DNA of 64,000 bases from an uncultured Eubacteriales bacterium (lineage in GTDB: Bacteria > Bacillota > Clostridia > Oscillospirales > Oscillospiraceae): the NCBI GenBank assembly GCA_900315595.1, contig OMZQ01000001.1, forward strand, positions 111,775-175,774. Direction: 5' to 3'. The position numbers were made by a program, and so were the translations under genes. A model generated the notes under the pieces. That model was not told where the DNA came from, did no database searches, and saw only the letters and a program-made list of their open reading frames with translations. Of this stretch, positions 63,271-64,000 are shown piece after piece (position 1 is the stretch's first letter; each line of letters begins with the position of its first letter).

Positions 63271-64000
63271 ATGTCTGACATTCGTGAAACCGGCAGTCTG
63301 GAGGAGCAGCTCCGGCAGGATCAGCGGCGCGAGGCAGCGCGGCGGCGCAGAAAGCGCCTGCCCTGGATGATCCTGCTGGCTCTGCTCGCAGTTTTGATCG
63401 GCGTCGGCCTGTACCTTCTGATCTCGAATCAGAATCCCAAAACGCCCCGGACCGCCGAAACCGTGGCCCCTGCGAACAGCCCTGTGACGATTGCCTTCGT
63501 CGGAGACATTGCCATGACGAAGGCGGCCCAGGAGGCGTTTCGGACCCCTGCCGGGTATGACTTCTCCCCCTGCTTTCGCTGGGTCACGGCTGAGCTTCGG
63601 GCAGCCGACCTTGCCGTCGGCAATTTGGAGGGCAATATCTCGGATGAGATCTCCGACTATAATTATCCCCCCGCCCTCCTGACCGCCCTGTATGACGCAG
63701 GCTTTGACGTTCTGCAGACCGCAAACTCGTTCAGCGTCGTCAACGGCGTCTCCGGTCTGGCCCGGACCAAGGCCGCGATTTCGTCCGCCGGTCTGCGTTC
63801 CGTCGGAACCAGCGCCACGAAGGAGGAAGCCGATCAGACCGGCGGCGTTCTGGTTCAGGACGTGAACGGGATCCGATTTGCCTTTCTTGCCTTTACCAAG
63901 GGCATGGAGAACAATCTTCGCGTCCCGGAGGAGGCGCTTTGGAGCGTCAGCCTTCTGTATTCCGACGAGCTTTACAAGGAGATCGCTCGCGACGCCATCG
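63271..64000 (+). CDS. Second CapA-family (PGA_cap metallophosphatase) membrane-anchored protein, 3' end cut by window
   Basis: Absent from the ORF track because there is no stop in the window. ATG 63271 follows GGAGGAAG. Translation MSDIRETGSLEEQ...RKRLPWMILLALLAVLIGVGLYLL...IAFVGDIAMTK...AVGNLEGN...LQTANSFSVVNG matches the CapA N-terminal motifs. Confidence 0.75.
   Translation, partial: MSDIRETGSLEEQLRQDQRREAARRRRKRLPWMILLALLAVLIGVGLYLLISNQNPKTPRTAETVAPANSPVTIAFVGDIAMTKAAQEAFRTPAGYDFSPCFRWVTAELRAADLAVGNLEGNISDEISDYNYPPALLTALYDAGFDVLQTANSFSVVNGVSGLARTKAAISSAGLRSVGTSATKEEADQTGGVLVQDVNGIRFAFLAFTKGMENNLRVPEEALWSVSLLYSDELYKEIARDAI

Noticed and set aside
1-64000. CRISPR arrays, tandem repeats, rRNA genes, IS elements, toxin-antitoxin or known defence modules
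   Set aside because: Reading through the intergenic regions showed only hairpins, promoters and short inverted repeats. There was no regularly spaced direct-repeat array and no transposase-, integrase- or Cas-like coding signature.

Overview
This is a high-GC Firmicutes/Clostridia-type chromosomal segment, visibly above 60% GC over most of its length. It has AGGAGG-type ribosome-binding sites, dense operons and many long antisense shadow ORFs. I support about 60 protein genes (roughly three quarters on the minus strand), one tRNA-Pro(CGG), several consensus-like sigma-70 promoters and several rho-independent terminators. I saw no CRISPR array, IS element, integrase, phage gene or recognisable defence gene. 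Housekeeping genes include pyrC, guaB, glgA, tcdA, thiamine pyrophosphokinase, asparaginase and type IIA topoisomerase A/B subunits. Between them sit these accessory modules: (1) a YihQ-clade GH31 glycosidase plus GPH symporter; (2) an ECF sigma/anti-sigma pair; (3) a MacB/FtsX-type ABC exporter preceded by a 25-codon hydrophobic ORF; (4) a kinase-less cluster of FucI-like isomerase, split transketolase, RpiB-family isomerase, Fe-alcohol dehydrogenase and DMT exporter; (5) MoxR-DUF58 plus a heterodimeric ABC exporter; (6) an operon joining an Ogt::GIY-YIG fusion, GlsB, a CAT-family acyltransferase and a leaderless serpin; (7) an AT-richer islet beside the tRNA; (8) a capBCA-ggt (capD-like) poly-gamma-glutamate locus. 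The best candidate for an undescribed system is the transketolase cluster. Its logic mirrors the sulfo-TK sulfoquinovose pathway, yet the nearby GH31 lacks the sulfonate-binding residues of true sulfoquinovosidases. All functional calls come from by-eye motif and family recognition, not from database searches.
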